This document shows, in pieces, positions 61,757 to 64,000 of a stretch of DNA of 64,000 bases. Below the pieces are notes generated by a model that saw nothing but the letters and a program-made list of their open reading frames with translations, was not told the DNA's origin and searched no databases. Within the stretch, counting starts at the first letter, position 1; every line of letters begins with the position of its first letter. A program made the translations under genes and the position numbers. Source of the DNA: Acidobacteriota bacterium (GTDB lineage Bacteria; Acidobacteriota; UBA890; WLXD01); NCBI GenBank assembly GCA_965205505.1, contig CBDBHB010000009.1:2624001-2688000 (forward strand), given 5' to 3'.

Positions 61757-61909
61757 TTCGTTTCGCCTACAACTTCACTGACCTACAACTCCGTTGGTTG
61801 CACAGCTCCATTGCGACGGTCCAGTTGCGGTCGCGTAGCGGCAAGCGCGCTGTGCCGAGCACTGCGGCGTATCGGTGACCAGAAGTACTTGGCGAGCCGG
61901 TGATGCTAG

Positions 61910-62180
61910 CAGACCGTGGTGAAAGTGTGGTGGATCTGGCGACAGGGTCTTGCGAAGTGCAGGCAAGGAGAGAGGAGGAGGCGATGGTTACGCCATCGTT
62001 GACGAGGAACGACGCAGCGTACGCGCGCAACCCCCTGTCGCCCGAAGGGTTACGGCGATTTGGGGCCAACTGCGGCGTTGGCCTTCCTCGACGATGGCTA
62101 GGGCATCGCCTGTGTCAGGCCGCCTTGCATCTGGCCCCAACTCGCCGTAACCAGACCCACCACACTTCCACTACGGCCTG
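61910..62180. mobile_element. Intact type-C element, 271 bp
   Basis: TIRs CAG(A/G)CCGT(G/A)GTG(A/G)AAGTGTGGTGG(A/G)TCTGG; CTAG at 61906-09 and 62181-84 (DUF1844 stop); CCGAAGG at 62042-48. Confidence 0.9.
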
Positions 62181-62735
62181 CTAGAGCTTGGCCACCTTGC
62201 GTTTTTGCAAGTAGGCCAAGCGCAGCTGGTAGAGCACGTCTTCGAGGGCCTTGCTGGTGTCGTCGGAGCGCTCGCCTTCTGTGCTTTCCTGCAGCAAGCC
62301 CAAGACCTCGACGCGCAGGCGCGCCATGTCGAGATCTTCGACCATTTGACCGCTCTGTGGCTCCGGCATGGCCCCCAGAGCGAGAAGCCCGCCGACATAC
62401 TGCTCCTCGATGAACTTAAGCAATGCTTGGTCGTCGAGCTTGAGCCTCGACGCGGCTTTCTGCGTTGCGTCGCTGGCGCCCGTGGAGGCGACGTCCTCGA
62501 CCTCCGACGGCACAACGCTCGGAACAACCTCCGGGGCATCGTCGCTCGACGCCTCGGCGGCCTCGATCAAGTCCCCGCCGGGCTCGGGCGCAGCCGCGCC
62601 GGTGGGCGCGGTTGCCGGGTCGTCTGACGGTGGCGACGGAGCTTCATCGCGCAGGTTCCCGTCGCTATCGAACAACCGCCGGTCGGTGACCTTGATCTTC
62701 GGTCGCTCACCGTCTGGTACGTCAGGTTCGTTCAT
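62181..62735 (-). CDS. DUF1844 domain-containing protein
   Basis: IKVTDRRLFDSDGNLR N-terminus; ALGAMPEP..G....DL..AR..VE.L.LLQE.TEG...L.DVLYQLRLAY. Confidence 0.8.
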   Translation of the reverse strand: MNEPDVPDGERPKIKVTDRRLFDSDGNLRDEAPSPPSDDPATAPTGAAAPEPGGDLIEAAEASSDDAPEVVPSVVPSEVEDVASTGASDATQKAASRLKLDDQALLKFIEEQYVGGLLALGAMPEPQSGQMVEDLDMARLRVEVLGLLQESTEGERSDDTSKALEDVLYQLRLAYLQKRKVAKL

Positions 62736-62745
62736 GGACACGAGT

Positions 62746-62770
62746 CTAGCAGGCCGTGGTGGAAGTGTGG
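62746..62770. repeat. Solo type-C element end in the divergent DUF1844/mazG promoter region
   Basis: CTAG-CAGGCCGTGGTGGAAGTGTGG. Confidence 0.75.
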
Positions 62771-62821
62771 CGAGCAACGGCTCGGCGCGCGGTCGGCGCT
62801 TGCGAACCATAGACTGCGTCC

Positions 62822-63634
62822 ATGGTCGAAAGGGAAGATCGGCGCGAGGGCGAGCCGCATGACCGTTTGGCGGGCGAGGCTTTTTCCCGTTTGGTTGGCA
62901 TTATGCGCCGGCTGCGTGGTCCTGACGGGTGTCCGTGGGATCGTGAGCAGGATCTCTCCACCCTGCGGCGCTACACGCTCGAGGAGGCCTACGAGGTCGT
63001 GCAGGCGATCGACGACGGCGACGCCAGGGTGCTCAGCGCAGAGCTCGGGGATCTGTTGCTGCAGGTCGTGTTTCTGTCGCAGATCAGTGCGGAGGAGGGG
63101 AGCTTCACGGTCGTCGATGCTATCGAAGCGATCATCAGCAAGCTCGTGCGCCGCCACCCGCACGTGTTCGGCGACGTCCGAGCCGACGACGCGGCGGCGG
63201 TACTGCGCAACTGGGAGGCGATCAAGCACCAGGAGCGCGGTGCCGGATCGTTGCTCGACGACGTGCCGCGAGCGCTACCGGCTCTGGAGCGCGCCCAAAA
63301 GCTCGGAAAGCGGGCCGCGCAGATGGCGTTCGATTGGGCCTCAGAGGCGGATGTGGTCGACAAGGCGCGTCAGCAGCTCGATGAGCTGGCCTCTGCACTG
63401 GAGCACGACAACGCGCGCTGTGCCGAAGAGGAGCTCGGCGACCTGTTGCTGACGCTGGCCAGCCTCGCCCGTCATCTGGGGCACTCGGCGGAGGTCGCGC
63501 TCAACGATGCCAGCGGCAAGTTCGAACGTCGGTTTCGACAACTGGAAGCGGCTGTCGGCGATGAGCGAATTCGTACCACGCCCGACGAGCTGGAGGCTGA
63601 GTGGCGGCGTGTGAAGGAGGGCGAGGGCCACTAG
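62822..63634 (+). CDS. mazG: Nucleoside triphosphate pyrophosphohydrolase MazG
   Basis: LRGPDGCPWDREQ, EEAYEV, ELGDLLLQVVF, KLVRRHPHVFG, second EELGDLL. Confidence 0.96.
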   Translation: MVEREDRREGEPHDRLAGEAFSRLVGIMRRLRGPDGCPWDREQDLSTLRRYTLEEAYEVVQAIDDGDARVLSAELGDLLLQVVFLSQISAEEGSFTVVDAIEAIISKLVRRHPHVFGDVRADDAAAVLRNWEAIKHQERGAGSLLDDVPRALPALERAQKLGKRAAQMAFDWASEADVVDKARQQLDELASALEHDNARCAEEELGDLLLTLASLARHLGHSAEVALNDASGKFERRFRQLEAAVGDERIRTTPDELEAEWRRVKEGEGH

Positions 63635-63644
63635 TGGCCCTCGC
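63621..63644. repeat. Perfect 24-bp palindrome centred on the mazG CTAG stop
   Basis: GCGAGGGCCA-CTAG-TGGCCCTCGC. Confidence 0.85.
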
Positions 63645-64000
63645 TAACGCCCGGCGATCGCTGCCACCAACACGCCGACCAGGTACAACACCAGCAGCGG
63701 CACAGCCACCAGGAACTGACTCGCCCCGTCGGGTGGCGTCAGCATCGCTGCCAGGACGAAGGCTACCAGCACCGCATAGGGGAACCATCGCAGCAGCCCG
63801 CGTGCGTTCACCAGCCCAACGCGTGAGGCGCTCAAGATAATCAGCGGCAGCTGTGCCCCGAGTCCCATCGCTAGCAGAAGGCGCACGGTGAAACGCAGGA
63901 AATCGCGGATCGTGATGGCGTGTGTGAACTCCTTGCCGACGTCGAGCAGGTAATTCACGGCGAAGGGAATCAGGATGAAGTACGCGAAGCTGAGCCCGCC
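63644..64000 (-). CDS. tatC: Twin-arginine translocase TatC (5'-truncated by window edge)
   Basis: FAYFILIP, FVLAAMLTPPD..SQFLVAVPL..LY. Confidence 0.88.
   Translation of the reverse strand, partial: GGLSFAYFILIPFAVNYLLDVGKEFTHAITIRDFLRFTVRLLLAMGLGAQLPLIILSASRVGLVNARGLLRWFPYAVLVAFVLAAMLTPPDGASQFLVAVPLLVLYLVGVLVAAIAGR

Noticed and set aside
61766-61790. CCTACAACT direct repeat upstream of the dnaK promoter
   Set aside because: Only two 9-bp copies with no recognisable regulator consensus (not the CtsR heptad); cannot be supported as an operator.

Overview
GC-rich bacterial chromosome segment, mostly core genes. The gene set (GWxTD protein, DUF507 pair, fused LptC/LptA, lptB-rpoN-hpf-hprK-rapZ-PTS, hrcA plus hspR, DUF1844-mazG) suggests Acidobacteriota (inference). 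Positions 1-18.3 kb hold the complete str(part)/S10/spc/alpha ribosomal superoperon and tRNA-Ala(CGC). After that come acs, lipoproteins, an LPS-export/rpoN/PTS cluster interrupted by a partly decayed MshEN-HEAT-HD-GYP c-di-GMP module, nfeD-stomatin-SPOR-lnt-prfB, PBP1A, and two convergent heat-shock operons (CIRCE/HrcA and HAIR-like/HspR). The most striking unexplained structure is a family of non-coding elements inserted at CTAG sites, nearly always at a gene's TAG stop codon. Intact copies share an exact 271-bp geometry (29-nt end + 103-nt hairpin module + CCGRAGG + 103-nt inverted module + 29-nt end; one copy has a 4-bp duplication), although their end sequences belong to at least three unrelated types. 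About 13 intact, deleted, chimeric or scar copies occur in the window, no transposase is present, and some ends appear co-opted as an RBS or promoter.
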